From contig CAXXFF010000003.1 of assembly GCA_963676835.2 (NCBI GenBank), forward strand, positions 384,001 to 448,000: DNA of 64,000 nt. The letters are read 5' to 3'. Position 1 is the stretch's first letter, and every line of letters starts with the position of its first letter. This document shows, one piece after another, positions 30,260 through 40,113 of the stretch. Source of the DNA: Marispirochaeta sp. (GTDB lineage: Bacteria; Spirochaetota; Spirochaetia; JC444; Marispirochaetaceae). The translations under genes and the position numbers were made by a program. The notes under the pieces are model-generated. The model was given only the letters and a program-made list of their open reading frames with translations. It was not told where the DNA came from and did no database searches.

Positions 30260-31774
30260 CTATAGATTATATATTTCGCTGTACTTGTTTTTCAGGTACT
30301 CAAGAAAATAACCCGCTTTCAGGGGTTCCCCGGTAGCAGCCATACATATTTCTTCAGCTGTTCTGGATGCCCCGAAGGCATGAATATTGCTTCTCAACCA
30401 GTTGGTGAGAATAGAGAAATTACCCCTGGCAATCTCCTCTGCAAGACCGGGAATAGCCTTCTCGGCGGCCCGCTGAAACTGAGCTCCGTACAGGTTTCCC
30501 AGTGCATAGGTTGGAAAATAGCCGAGGGCCCCCATGGACCAGTGGATATCCTGAAGTTCCGCATCGGAGCTCTTATCCGGTGTAATGCCTAAAAGTCTGC
30601 CCGAAAGCTCCCGCCATGCACCAGGCAAATCAGCAACAGCAAGATCACCGGTAAGCATGGCAAGTTCCAGACGGAACCGCAGAATTATATGCAGGCCGTA
30701 GGTGACTTCATCGGCGTCTATACGGATAAAGGTTGGAGCCACACGGTTCACTCCCCGGTAGAAACTTTCTAGTTCAATTCCATTCAGGGCAGAAGGAAAG
30801 AGTTTTTTCAGGTCCGGAAGATAGCGCTGCCAGAAACCCCTGCTCCGTGCTACAGCATTTTCCCAGGTTCTGGACTGGCTTTCATGAATTCCCAGGGAAG
30901 TTCCTGTGGCCAGGATATTTCCCTGAACAGCTGGATCAAAGCCCAATTCGTACAGGGCATGACCGCATTCATGTACAAGCCCGAAGAATCCTGTGCCGAA
31001 AAAATCTTCCCGGAACCGTCCGGTTATGCGGACATCGCTGCCCCCAAGGGTTGTGGTAAAAGGATGCGCTGTTTCATCAATTCTACCCCGGGAGAAATCG
31101 TAGCCCAGGTCTTCCACCACCTTGCGGGAAAAATCACGCTGTTTGTCTATGCCATACGTTCTATGCAGAAAGGAATCATCAACCTGGGGCTTACTGCTTA
31201 TTGCTGCCGCCAGAGCTGAAAGGTCTTTCTCAAGGTCAGTGAACAGTGCATCAACCCTGGCAGTTGTCATCCAGGGTTCAAACTCATCGAGAAGTGCGTC
31301 GTAGGGGTGTTCTGTATAACCGACTGCTTCCGCTTTTTCCCGGTTAAGCCTGACAATCTCTTCCAGGTGGGGCTGGAAGAGAGAAAAATCATCCTTGCTC
31401 CGGGCTTCCACCCAGGCGGCCTGCCCGGCACTGGCTGCCTTTGCAAAGGCCCCTACCAGCGACGAGGGGATACGGATATCCCTGGTATAACGGCGATAAA
31501 GCTCCCGAAGAAAGGGGCCGTCGCCTTCCAGTTGTTCTCCGTTTCCCCAGGGGCGGTCATCGGTGCAGCCGCATTGATCAAGAAGTTCTCCCACTTCCGG
31601 GGAAGTTATTTTTTCATGTGCAAGAGACTGCAGCAGTGCCAGCTGCTCTCCCCTTTCGGGGATTGCCTGACGGGGAATATAGGTTTCCTGATCCCAGCCG
31701 AGAATTGCAGCGGCTTCCGCAAGAAGCTGATACTCCCGGCTTATTTTTTTCAAGTTTTCTACCGTCTCTGACAT
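30260..31774 (-). CDS. carboxypeptidase, family M32 (Taq-type)
   Basis: WDQET, HPF, HECGHALYE, HESQS, IRIDADE, QDIHW and GYFPTYALG. Confidence 0.93.
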   Translation of the reverse strand: MSETVENLKKISREYQLLAEAAAILGWDQETYIPRQAIPERGEQLALLQSLAHEKITSPEVGELLDQCGCTDDRPWGNGEQLEGDGPFLRELYRRYTRDIRIPSSLVGAFAKAASAGQAAWVEARSKDDFSLFQPHLEEIVRLNREKAEAVGYTEHPYDALLDEFEPWMTTARVDALFTDLEKDLSALAAAISSKPQVDDSFLHRTYGIDKQRDFSRKVVEDLGYDFSRGRIDETAHPFTTTLGGSDVRITGRFREDFFGTGFFGLVHECGHALYELGFDPAVQGNILATGTSLGIHESQSRTWENAVARSRGFWQRYLPDLKKLFPSALNGIELESFYRGVNRVAPTFIRIDADEVTYGLHIILRFRLELAMLTGDLAVADLPGAWRELSGRLLGITPDKSSDAELQDIHWSMGALGYFPTYALGNLYGAQFQRAAEKAIPGLAEEIARGNFSILTNWLRSNIHAFGASRTAEEICMAATGEPLKAGYFLEYLKNKYSEIYNL

Positions 31775-31807
31775 GTCTTCTCCTTAAAGCCTTGTGAGAG
31801 TACAGGT

Positions 31808-33553
31808 TTAAAGCTCTGCTTTCTCCTGAACAGCCTTTTCTACACGGGTAACGAACTCTTCCAGGGGAATACCGTTTTCCTGTTTTCCGTTTCTCAAACG
31901 CAGAGAAACTGCTTCCGCCTCTGCCTCTTTTTCACCGAGAATCAGCATATAGGGAATCTTCTGCGCCTGTGCATTGCGGATCTTTGCATTCATACGGTCA
32001 TCGGAGTCATCAAACTCAACCCGGAATCCTGCCTTCTTAAGACGGGCATATACTTTGTCGGCGTATTCTTCAAATGCAGGAGCAACGGGAATAACCATAA
32101 CCTGCACGGGAGAAAGCCATACGGGGAAAGCCCCGCCGAAATGTTCAACCAGTACACCGAAAAAGCGTTCCAGGGAACCGAGAAGAGCACGGTGAACCAT
32201 ATAGGGCCGTTTTTCCACACCATCCCGGTCGGTGAAGGTCATGTCAAAGCGTTCGGGCAGATTAAAGTCAAACTGAACTGTCGAAAGCTGCCAGGAACGT
32301 CCCAGAGCATCCTTAACCTTCAGGTCGATCTTTGGACCATAGAAAGCTCCGCCTCCTTCATCAATATCATAATCAAGACCTTCCGCCTCAATTGCCTTTC
32401 GCAGTGATTCCTGGGCGACCTTCCAGTTTTCCGGATCACCCACTGCCTTTTCGGGCATGGTGGAGAGATATGCCTGGATGTCGGTAAATCCGAAGGAACG
32501 CAGCATAAAAAGGCTGAAGCGCAGGACCTCAAGGATCTCATCTTCCACCTGTTCGGGGGTACAGAAAATATGGGCATCATCCTGAGTAAAGCCCCTTACC
32601 CGCATAAGGCCGTGGAGGGTTCCGGATTTTTCATATCGGTACACCGTACCAAGCTCCGCCCAGCGGAAAGGAAGATCCCGGTAGGAGTGCTTGTTGGTCT
32701 TGTAGATCATAATGTGGAAGGGACAGTTCATGGGCTTGGCATAATAGTTGGCCTTGTCCATAACCATTTCCGGGTACATACCTTCGGCATAGAAATCGAG
32801 GTGACCGGAAGTTTCCCAGAGCCAGGATTTACCTACGTGGGGAGTAAAGAGAAACTCATAACCGTTGTTGCGGTGCTCCTCCCGCCAGAAATCCTCAATG
32901 GCAACCCTGATGCGGGCCCCTTTGGGATGCCAGTAGACAAGACCCGGACCGGCTTCTTCGTGGGTACTGAACAGGTCGAGTTCCCGCCCTACTTTGCGGT
33001 GATCACGCTTTTCCAGCTCTTCAAGCTGCTGGAGATACATGCGCAGGTCCTTCGGGTTTGTCCAGGCAGTGCCGTAGATACGCTGAAGCATGGGCCGTTT
33101 TTCATCGCCCCGCCAGTATGCTCCGGCAATGGAAAGAAGCTTGAACGACTGGGCATTCAGCTTGTTTGAACTTTCCACATGGGGGCCGCGGCAGAGGTCG
33201 GAAAACACCCCCTGACTGTAGATGGAGATATCCTCACCTTCGGGAAGTTCATTGATCAGTTCAACCTTGTATGGCTGATCTGCAAACTGCTTCAGAGCCT
33301 CTTCGCGGCTTACCACAGTACGCTCAAAAGTGCGGCCCTCTTTTATAATGTCCTGCATTCTCTGAGTAATATCTTCCAGGTCATCCTCTTTGAGTGACCG
33401 GGGCAGATCAAAATCGTAATAGAAGCCGTTGTCTATTGCCGGGCCTATAGCAACCTTTCCTTCGGGGAAAATCTGAAGTACCGCCTCGGCCATTATATGG
33501 GCCATGGAGTGACGGATCATCTGGAGTTTTTCATCTTTATTGTCTTTGCTCAT
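31808..33553 (-). CDS. thrS: threonyl-tRNA synthetase (short form lacking the N-terminal TGS domain)
   Basis: RHSMAH, DLCRGPH, RDHRK, KPMNCP, RVRGFTQDDAH and GAFYGPKID. ATG at 33553 follows GAGG. Confidence 0.97.
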   Translation of the reverse strand: MSKDNKDEKLQMIRHSMAHIMAEAVLQIFPEGKVAIGPAIDNGFYYDFDLPRSLKEDDLEDITQRMQDIIKEGRTFERTVVSREEALKQFADQPYKVELINELPEGEDISIYSQGVFSDLCRGPHVESSNKLNAQSFKLLSIAGAYWRGDEKRPMLQRIYGTAWTNPKDLRMYLQQLEELEKRDHRKVGRELDLFSTHEEAGPGLVYWHPKGARIRVAIEDFWREEHRNNGYEFLFTPHVGKSWLWETSGHLDFYAEGMYPEMVMDKANYYAKPMNCPFHIMIYKTNKHSYRDLPFRWAELGTVYRYEKSGTLHGLMRVRGFTQDDAHIFCTPEQVEDEILEVLRFSLFMLRSFGFTDIQAYLSTMPEKAVGDPENWKVAQESLRKAIEAEGLDYDIDEGGGAFYGPKIDLKVKDALGRSWQLSTVQFDFNLPERFDMTFTDRDGVEKRPYMVHRALLGSLERFFGVLVEHFGGAFPVWLSPVQVMVIPVAPAFEEYADKVYARLKKAGFRVEFDDSDDRMNAKIRNAQAQKIPYMLILGEKEAEAEAVSLRLRNGKQENGIPLEEFVTRVEKAVQEKAEL

Positions 33554-33604
33554 ACTAACCTCGCATTTGCGCATATGCGCCTGCCAAATTTCCGCAGGTC
33601 TTCA

Positions 33605-33981
33605 GAAAGAAAAAGCCTTCAGGTCTCATCCTTCCCGGGTGCTGATATACACCATCTGCGGGTAAGGACGAAGGCCTGAAGGCTCTCCGCGGTTCCACCT
33701 TACTTCGCCGGCTGAGTCTGTATGTAAATCGACTGCCGGCGCTCTCGTTTCTTCTCTTTTCCTGCATTCATCTTATGAAACAGCAGGCGGCATCACCCTA
33801 CGGCGGAAGTTATCCGGCACAGCTTACTGGGAATCATATCGCTAAATGAAACCGTTCAGCCTGCAGCTCGGAAGGGGTTTTCTCTCCGGACGGAACAGAC
33901 GGCTTCCAGCCCGTATCATGGATACTTCGGCCGTCCTCTCTCTCGATCCGCACCCGAAGGTACTCGTCTTCGTCAAAGCTT
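33605..33981 (-). ncRNA. T-box riboswitch (Thr, ACC specifier)
   Basis: Minus strand: AGTA, AGAGA and GGCTGGAA stem I motifs; ACC specifier at 33878-33876; AAGGTGGAACCGCG T-box at 33701-33688; terminator with U-tract before thrS. Confidence 0.85.
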
Positions 33982-34014
33982 TGTATTCAGTAATACTAAA
34001 ATCTCAACCGGAAG

Positions 34015-35532
34015 TCAACCTGCTTCTGTAATAGCTAAAGCGGTTTTCAGTCCATCCACGGCTGAGCTCATAATGCCCCCCGCTGAACCGCTCCCCTCTC
34101 CGGCAAGATAAAGGCCTGGAATATTTTCAATTTCACCGGATGGGGTACGCATTATCCGTAAAGCAGCAGAAGTAGTGGTTTCCATACCGATAACAGCACC
34201 GGTTTCATAGCCTCTGATCTTGCGGCTGAAATTATGAATTCCATCCTTTAGATCCTCAAGAAGCCACAGCGGGTAAAGAGACCGGTAATCCGCCGGAGTG
34301 AGGGGAAAAGGAAAACTGTTTTCCGGAAGATTTCCATGTTTGTCTCCCTTAAGAAGAGTAGCCGGCAATGCAGCGGGAGCACTGTGTTCACCGCAGATAT
34401 CCCAGGAGTGAGATTCTAGTTGTTCCAGTGCATCAAGAATACTGCCGGGACTTTCTGCACCCGGAAAAAGCTCCTCCGGATGAACAGAGGCTACAACTGC
34501 TGCATTCGACCAGCGGCTGTCACGGCTGTACATGGACACCCCGTTAACAATATTTATCCCCTGCCTCCATGAAGCGGGAACAATCTTTCCTCCTGGACAC
34601 ATACAGAAGCTGTAAACTCCCCTTCCGGAAGAGCTCTTTGCGGTAAGCCGGTATTCAGCTGCTTTAATACCGGAAATCTCTTTACGCCCCCACTGAGACA
34701 GGTTGATCAGTTCCCGGGTATGCTCCATCCGGAAGCCGACGGCAAAGCCTTTGGGCTTGAACACTGCGCCATGGTCCATCAGCAGCCGGAAGAGTAAAAA
34801 CGCCGAATGCCCGGGAGCCAGAAGAGTGATATCCGCAGGAAACTCCCTGCTGCCCGAAGTAAGGCCACCGCAACGCCCATCCGGCTTACGCAGCAGTCCG
34901 TCCGCTTCGGTATTGAAATGAAACTTCACCCCTCTGGACTCCAGTTCTTTCCGGCCGTTCTGCACCACATAAAAAAGCCTGTCACTGCCGATATGAGGAT
35001 GAGCCAGCCAGAGTATTTCCTCCGGAGCACCGCAGGATACATACTTTGCCAGAATATAATCCCGTTCACGGGAGATACCCTTCGTTCGGCTGGTAAGCTT
35101 GCCATCGGAAAACGTACCTGCCCCGCCTTCCCCGCAGGCATAGTTGGAGCTGCCTTTAAGAGATCCTCCGGACTCATAATGTTCGATATCCCTGAGGCGC
35201 TCATCCGCCGGCGGTCCTTTTTCCAGGAGAGTAACTGAAAATCCCCGCCGGGATAGAATATCGGCAGCAAAAAATCCTGCCGGACCGGAACCGGCAATTA
35301 CCGCAGTACCTGCATTCCGCTTGTATTCAACCGGCAGCAGATGTTCCGGAACAGGCGGTGCCGTATTTACGTCGGTTGATATCCGGTAGTTCCAGAAGAG
35401 GTCAGGTTTCTTTCTTGCATCGAGGCTTTTGCGGATAATTTTCCAGGGCTGCGTTTTCCCGGATTTATGTTCCACCAGGCGTGATAACTCATCTTCAGGA
35501 GTTTCTACCGGTACAATCAGGTCAAATTCCAT
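34015..35532 (-). CDS. NAD(P)/FAD-dependent oxidoreductase
   Basis: GSGPAG, GEGGAGTFSDGKL, HPHIGSD, YSFCMCPGG and GEGSG.AGGI.S.AVDG. Confidence 0.88.
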   Translation of the reverse strand: MEFDLIVPVETPEDELSRLVEHKSGKTQPWKIIRKSLDARKKPDLFWNYRISTDVNTAPPVPEHLLPVEYKRNAGTAVIAGSGPAGFFAADILSRRGFSVTLLEKGPPADERLRDIEHYESGGSLKGSSNYACGEGGAGTFSDGKLTSRTKGISRERDYILAKYVSCGAPEEILWLAHPHIGSDRLFYVVQNGRKELESRGVKFHFNTEADGLLRKPDGRCGGLTSGSREFPADITLLAPGHSAFLLFRLLMDHGAVFKPKGFAVGFRMEHTRELINLSQWGRKEISGIKAAEYRLTAKSSSGRGVYSFCMCPGGKIVPASWRQGINIVNGVSMYSRDSRWSNAAVVASVHPEELFPGAESPGSILDALEQLESHSWDICGEHSAPAALPATLLKGDKHGNLPENSFPFPLTPADYRSLYPLWLLEDLKDGIHNFSRKIRGYETGAVIGMETTTSAALRIMRTPSGEIENIPGLYLAGEGSGSAGGIMSSAVDGLKTALAITEAG

Positions 35533-35535
35533 GAA

Positions 35536-36297
35536 TTACCTAATAAAACGGTTTACTGCTTCAAGAACTTCCGCCGGTTTTTCAGCATGAACCCAGTGGG
35601 AAACCCCGTCTATGGTTTCAATTCCGGCTGATGGGAAAAGCCCGCGGATAACATCCATGTCCGAAGGCTTAATATAGGAAGACTCGCCACCTTTAAGAAA
35701 CAGGACCGGTCCGGAGAAAGAGCTGCTGAAATGCGGAAAATCCCTGAGCAGAGAAAGATTAACTTTTAATGCCTTCAGGTTCAGGCGCCAGGCAAAACCT
35801 CCCGATCCGTTCCGTACAAGATTTTTAAGCAGAAAAGAGGCCACCATTCTGTTATCAAGCCGGGAAAACATCCAATTCTCGGCTGTGCTCCGTTTATCAA
35901 CCTCTTCCAGAGGCAGATCGAGCATGGCATCTATTTCGCTGTCCAGCCCCTGGGCATAATTTTTGGGGGCGATATCTTCAATGATCAAGCCTGCAGCAGA
36001 ATCCGGAACAGTCAGAGCCAGATGCATGGCAACCTTACCGCCCATACTGTGTCCAAACAGCCAGGGGTTCTGCAGATGCTCCTGCTGAATAAATTCTGCA
36101 ACATCTGAGGCCATGGACGGATAATCCATTATCTCGCTGTGAAAAGACTCGCCATGATTACGCAGATCCAGAGCAAACACCCGGAATTTTTCAGACAGAC
36201 CTCTCGCGAGGGTAAAGAAGTTTTCCTTGGAGGCGAACATTCCGTGAAGCAGAACAATATCTTTGCCGCCCTCTCCAAACACCCGGAATTTAAGCAT
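35536..36297 (-). CDS. alpha/beta hydrolase (YbfF-like esterase)
   Basis: LLHGMF, DLRNHGES, GHSMGGK and HWVHAEKP. Confidence 0.88.
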   Translation of the reverse strand: MLKFRVFGEGGKDIVLLHGMFASKENFFTLARGLSEKFRVFALDLRNHGESFHSEIMDYPSMASDVAEFIQQEHLQNPWLFGHSMGGKVAMHLALTVPDSAAGLIIEDIAPKNYAQGLDSEIDAMLDLPLEEVDKRSTAENWMFSRLDNRMVASFLLKNLVRNGSGGFAWRLNLKALKVNLSLLRDFPHFSSSFSGPVLFLKGGESSYIKPSDMDVIRGLFPSAGIETIDGVSHWVHAEKPAEVLEAVNRFIR

Positions 36298-37091
36298 CAG
36301 AGAAACGCTCCAACACCCTCCAGGATTATATGCGGACGGTAGGCGAAATTGTTCACTTCCTCCCGGCTGGTAACACCGGAAAGAACAAGCACAGTTTCTA
36401 TTTCAGACTCAATTCCGGCCACAATATCCGTGTCCATCCGGTCACCGATGATAACTGTTTCTTCCCTGCTGCACCCCAGACGGCGCATGGCGGAGCGCAT
36501 CATCAGGGGATTCGGTTTCCCCACATAATAGGCCTTCGATCCGGTAGTCAACTCTATTGGAGCGATCAGTGCTCCTGTTGCAGGAATAATCCCCTCTTCT
36601 GAGGGCCCTGTAACATCGGGATTTGTACCAATCAGCCGGGCACCTCCACGGACCAGATTGATTGCCTTCTGAAGGGTTTCAAAGGTATACGAATGAGACT
36701 CTCCCACTACAACATAGTCGGGGTTGACGTTATTCATGGAAAAGCCTGCGTTATACAGCGCATTTATAAGCCCCGCTTCACCGATTACAAAAGCACTGCC
36801 TCCGGGCATCTGATTTTTCAGAAAAGATCCGGTAGCAAGGGCACTGGTATAAAAATGATCTTCCGAAACCTCTATGCCAAGACGCTTCAGCTTCTGATGA
36901 AGTTCCTTGGGGCTTCGTTCCGAGGAGTTGGTAAGAAAAAGGAACTCCTTATTCTCTGAATGCAGCCAGTCGACAAATTCCTTTACTCCCGGGAGCAGTT
37001 TATTACCGTGATAAATGACTCCATCCATGTCGCAGATAAACCCGCGTTTTGATTTGAGCCGTTCCCTTGTCTGTTCATCAATTCCGTTCAT
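36297..37091 (-). CDS. HAD-IIA hydrolase (NagD-like)
   Basis: DMDGV, LTNSS, TNPD, GKPNP and IGDRMDTD. Confidence 0.9.
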   Translation of the reverse strand: MNGIDEQTRERLKSKRGFICDMDGVIYHGNKLLPGVKEFVDWLHSENKEFLFLTNSSERSPKELHQKLKRLGIEVSEDHFYTSALATGSFLKNQMPGGSAFVIGEAGLINALYNAGFSMNNVNPDYVVVGESHSYTFETLQKAINLVRGGARLIGTNPDVTGPSEEGIIPATGALIAPIELTTGSKAYYVGKPNPLMMRSAMRRLGCSREETVIIGDRMDTDIVAGIESEIETVLVLSGVTSREEVNNFAYRPHIILEGVGAFL

Positions 37092-37948
37092 AACTGTGTC
37101 TCCCCCTGGAGCTGCAGAATTTTATCCGCTGTTTCCTGAATACTGGTATCCGGCGTCGAGGCGCCGGCGGAAATCCCGATAACCGCAAGTTTGCCCACTT
37201 CTTCCGGAACATCCCCAGGCCCCTCAACCTGCCAGGCCGGCAGGCCTGATGCTTTTGCAAGTTCATATAGACGCCGGGTGTTGGCGCTGTTTTTTCCTCC
37301 GATCACAACAATTCCATCTACATCACCGGCAAGTTTCTTTACAGCATCCTGACGAAGGCTTGTAGCCGGGCAGATTGACCGTTCAATATTACAGTCACTA
37401 CAGCGCTGGCGGATTTTTTCTGCGATCTGAAAATAAAGTTCCTTGTCAAAGGTGGTCTGGGCAATTACCGAGACCTTTCCGGACAAACCGATACTCAATG
37501 CCTGGGAAATATCAGCAATGACCATAGCCCTTTCCGGTTGCTCGAGAGACCCTGCAATTGCAAGCATTTCACCATGTCCTGCATCACCGACAAGAATAAC
37601 CTGCCGCCCTTCAGATTCTGCTTCCCGGGCTTTCCTGATTGAGTGAGCAACCTTGGGACAGGTGGCATCAATAATCAGCCCTCCCCGGCCTTCAAGGTCT
37701 GCAAGCACCTGAGACGGCACACCGTGAGCGCGGATTACCACCCGGTCTCCCTTCTGGACCTCTTCCGGACTTTTTACAACCCGAACTCCCCGTGCTTCAT
37801 AGGAATCGACTACCTGCGGGTTATGAATAAGGGGTCCATATGTGGCAAGAGGGGCCTTGCTGTTATCATCCAGAGCCTCTTCGAGAATAGAGACCGCCCG
37901 CCGGACTCCCATACAGAAACCAATTTTATCTGCATATACAATAGACAT
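37088..37948 (-). CDS. ispH: 4-hydroxy-3-methylbut-2-enyl diphosphate reductase
   Basis: GFCMGVRRA, LIHN, RAHG, DATCP, QTT, IC.AT..RQ, SANT and AGASTP. Confidence 0.95.
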   Translation of the reverse strand: MSIVYADKIGFCMGVRRAVSILEEALDDNSKAPLATYGPLIHNPQVVDSYEARGVRVVKSPEEVQKGDRVVIRAHGVPSQVLADLEGRGGLIIDATCPKVAHSIRKAREAESEGRQVILVGDAGHGEMLAIAGSLEQPERAMVIADISQALSIGLSGKVSVIAQTTFDKELYFQIAEKIRQRCSDCNIERSICPATSLRQDAVKKLAGDVDGIVVIGGKNSANTRRLYELAKASGLPAWQVEGPGDVPEEVGKLAVIGISAGASTPDTSIQETADKILQLQGETQL

Positions 37949-38000
37949 ATATCTTAAGCCTCCCGGTTCTGTTAACCGGATTTACTGGTATTACCACCCG

Positions 38001-39071
38001 TCAATGTTCCACGGGATACCGGAAAATTCCATCCTCATAATCGCGGAGCAGATACTCTCCGTCTTCTTCACCTGTAATACTACCGGAATGGAGTAAAATC
38101 TTGCCGCCGCCTCCAGGCAGATCGACTGCCAGGGAAGGCATGGCGAGCCCGGAAACGGTACTCCTCAAGTTCCTGTACAGATCAATCGCAGCCTTCAGGT
38201 TCATTCTGAAGTGAGATGTACCCGAAGCCAAGTCGCCCTGGAAAAGATAGTAGGGTTTTACCCTGGATTCAAGCAGTTGATGAAAGAGTTGTGTAAGTAT
38301 TTCTTTAGAATCATTGACCCCTCTAAGCAGCACCGTCTGGCTCACCAGAAGAATACCGGCATCGGATAAGGCTATAACTGCATCAAGGAACTCATCAGTT
38401 ATCTCGGCAGGATGATTAATATGCAGTACAAGCCACAGGTTCTTTACCTGTCCCAGCATTGCGATAAGCCGGGCAGTAATACGTCCGGGCATAACTGCAG
38501 GAATTCTTGTAGAAAGGCGTATTACGATCGGCCTGCCTACGGACTGGATCAATTCCAGAATCTCACATAGTTTGCCGTCCGGGAGCATCAGAGGATCACC
38601 GCCGGACAGAATCACCTCGTGAACAGAAGGATTTCCTATAAGATATTCGCGGATATTCTCAAGTTCAGCTTGTGATAGAATGCCTGTACCATCACCGGTA
38701 AACCGTCTGCGGAAGCAGTAGCGGCAGTACATTGCACACTGATCGGTAACCAGTAGCAGCACCCGGTCTTTATAGCGGTGGATACAGCGGCTTACCGGTT
38801 CGAAGGACTCTTCGTGCAGGGGATCGGCGGTTTCATAGGGAAGATCAGAGAACTCTTCAACCTGGGGTATCGCCATTTTACGCAGGGCACCGGTCGGGTC
38901 TGAGAGAATGAGTTTACGGTAATATTCGGGGATCCGTACAGGTAGTGTCGGCAGACGCTGTTGAACATCAAAATATGCCGACTCACTTTCATTGAGGACA
39001 ATTCCGGAGTTTACCAATGCATCTCGGTTATTATTGTTTTCAGTTTCTGAAACCTTGTTATTGTTCGACAA
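38001..39071 (-). CDS. KamA-family radical SAM protein (lysine 2,3-aminomutase/EpmB-like)
   Basis: HRY.DRVL, CAMYCRYCFRR, LSGGDPL, QTVLLRGVND, PYYL and DLPGGGGK. The start codon is uncertain. Confidence 0.88.
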   Translation of the reverse strand: MSNNNKVSETENNNNRDALVNSGIVLNESESAYFDVQQRLPTLPVRIPEYYRKLILSDPTGALRKMAIPQVEEFSDLPYETADPLHEESFEPVSRCIHRYKDRVLLLVTDQCAMYCRYCFRRRFTGDGTGILSQAELENIREYLIGNPSVHEVILSGGDPLMLPDGKLCEILELIQSVGRPIVIRLSTRIPAVMPGRITARLIAMLGQVKNLWLVLHINHPAEITDEFLDAVIALSDAGILLVSQTVLLRGVNDSKEILTQLFHQLLESRVKPYYLFQGDLASGTSHFRMNLKAAIDLYRNLRSTVSGLAMPSLAVDLPGGGGKILLHSGSITGEEDGEYLLRDYEDGIFRYPVEH

Positions 39072-39266
39072 AATCAGAAGATCCTAGCTGTAAGACAGTT
39101 CATGCAGTGGATTATAATGCCGGTTGGCAAGGGGATAAAGAGCAGATCCGCGGAATATAATCTTTTTCCATGACAGACTGCGACTACCAGCCGATCTTAT
39201 AACGTTGCGATAACAATTCCAACCAGATTGTAAAATGAATTGATATACAGTAAGCCTTAGCGTCTA

Positions 39267-39968
39267 CTATTTCTCGTTCCTGTAAACTTTTTCAATAGTA
39301 TCAAGAGCACCGTTCTTGTGGTCATTGATCGCATCTATCATTTTATCTTTGTCCCCGGCTTTCCATGCTTCATAAACATTCACGTGATCACTATAAGCCT
39401 GGCGGATTCTGTCAGCCATAATTTCAGATTTGGAGATATATCCATACGCCTTTAAACGCAGCTGCTCATACATCCGTTCTATAGTTTTATTCTGTATGCT
39501 TCTAAGAAAAATAGTGTGATATTCCCGGTCGATCAGGATGTAGTTCATGTACAAATCCATCGATAGAGGTTGTTCGATTTTTTCAATCAGTAATTTGTGT
39601 TCTCTTAACTGCTTCTGCAACCCTTTATCCATTTCTTTCCGTACTTGATCAGAGCAGTTGAGGGAAGCATCAACACAAAGCAGATTCAAAAGCTGCCTGG
39701 CTTCCATCAGTTCTCTCACCTCTTCTCCGCTGACCTTTTTAACAACCACTCCCCGGCGGGGAATAGCCTCCAGTAGTCCTTCACTGACCAAACGGTTAAA
39801 AGCCTGTTTTACCGGGGTTTCGCTGACACCATAGCGTGCGGCGATTTCCATAATTGGGATTTTCTGTCCGGGAACATAAAGATGCTCCATTATGTCGCTT
39901 ATCAGACGGCTGCGGATACTTTCCACAAGCGAAGGGGTTTCAATAATTTTAGGCTCTTTCATATCCAA
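39267..39968 (-). CDS. GntR-family (FCD-type) transcriptional regulator
   Basis: IAARYGVSETPVKQA..RL.SEGL...PRRG wHTH; D.EYH and DH...H C-terminal domain. Confidence 0.88.
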   Translation of the reverse strand: MDMKEPKIIETPSLVESIRSRLISDIMEHLYVPGQKIPIMEIAARYGVSETPVKQAFNRLVSEGLLEAIPRRGVVVKKVSGEEVRELMEARQLLNLLCVDASLNCSDQVRKEMDKGLQKQLREHKLLIEKIEQPLSMDLYMNYILIDREYHTIFLRSIQNKTIERMYEQLRLKAYGYISKSEIMADRIRQAYSDHVNVYEAWKAGDKDKMIDAINDHKNGALDTIEKVYRNEK

Positions 39969-40113
39969 ATCCGAATGAAAATTTCATACTTTCAGTATAT
40001 TTCCATTTACATCACACAACAAGCAATAGATCTTAAATCTGTTACAGAAGGACGATATTCAGAGAAAACCGGAAGGCGTTTTACAATATGGAAACCCCTC
40101 CCGGCTGTTATAT

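Noticed and set aside
38001..39071. Specific call as epmB or kamA
   Set aside because: No efp, epmA or lysine-fermentation genes are adjacent, so only the family is supported.
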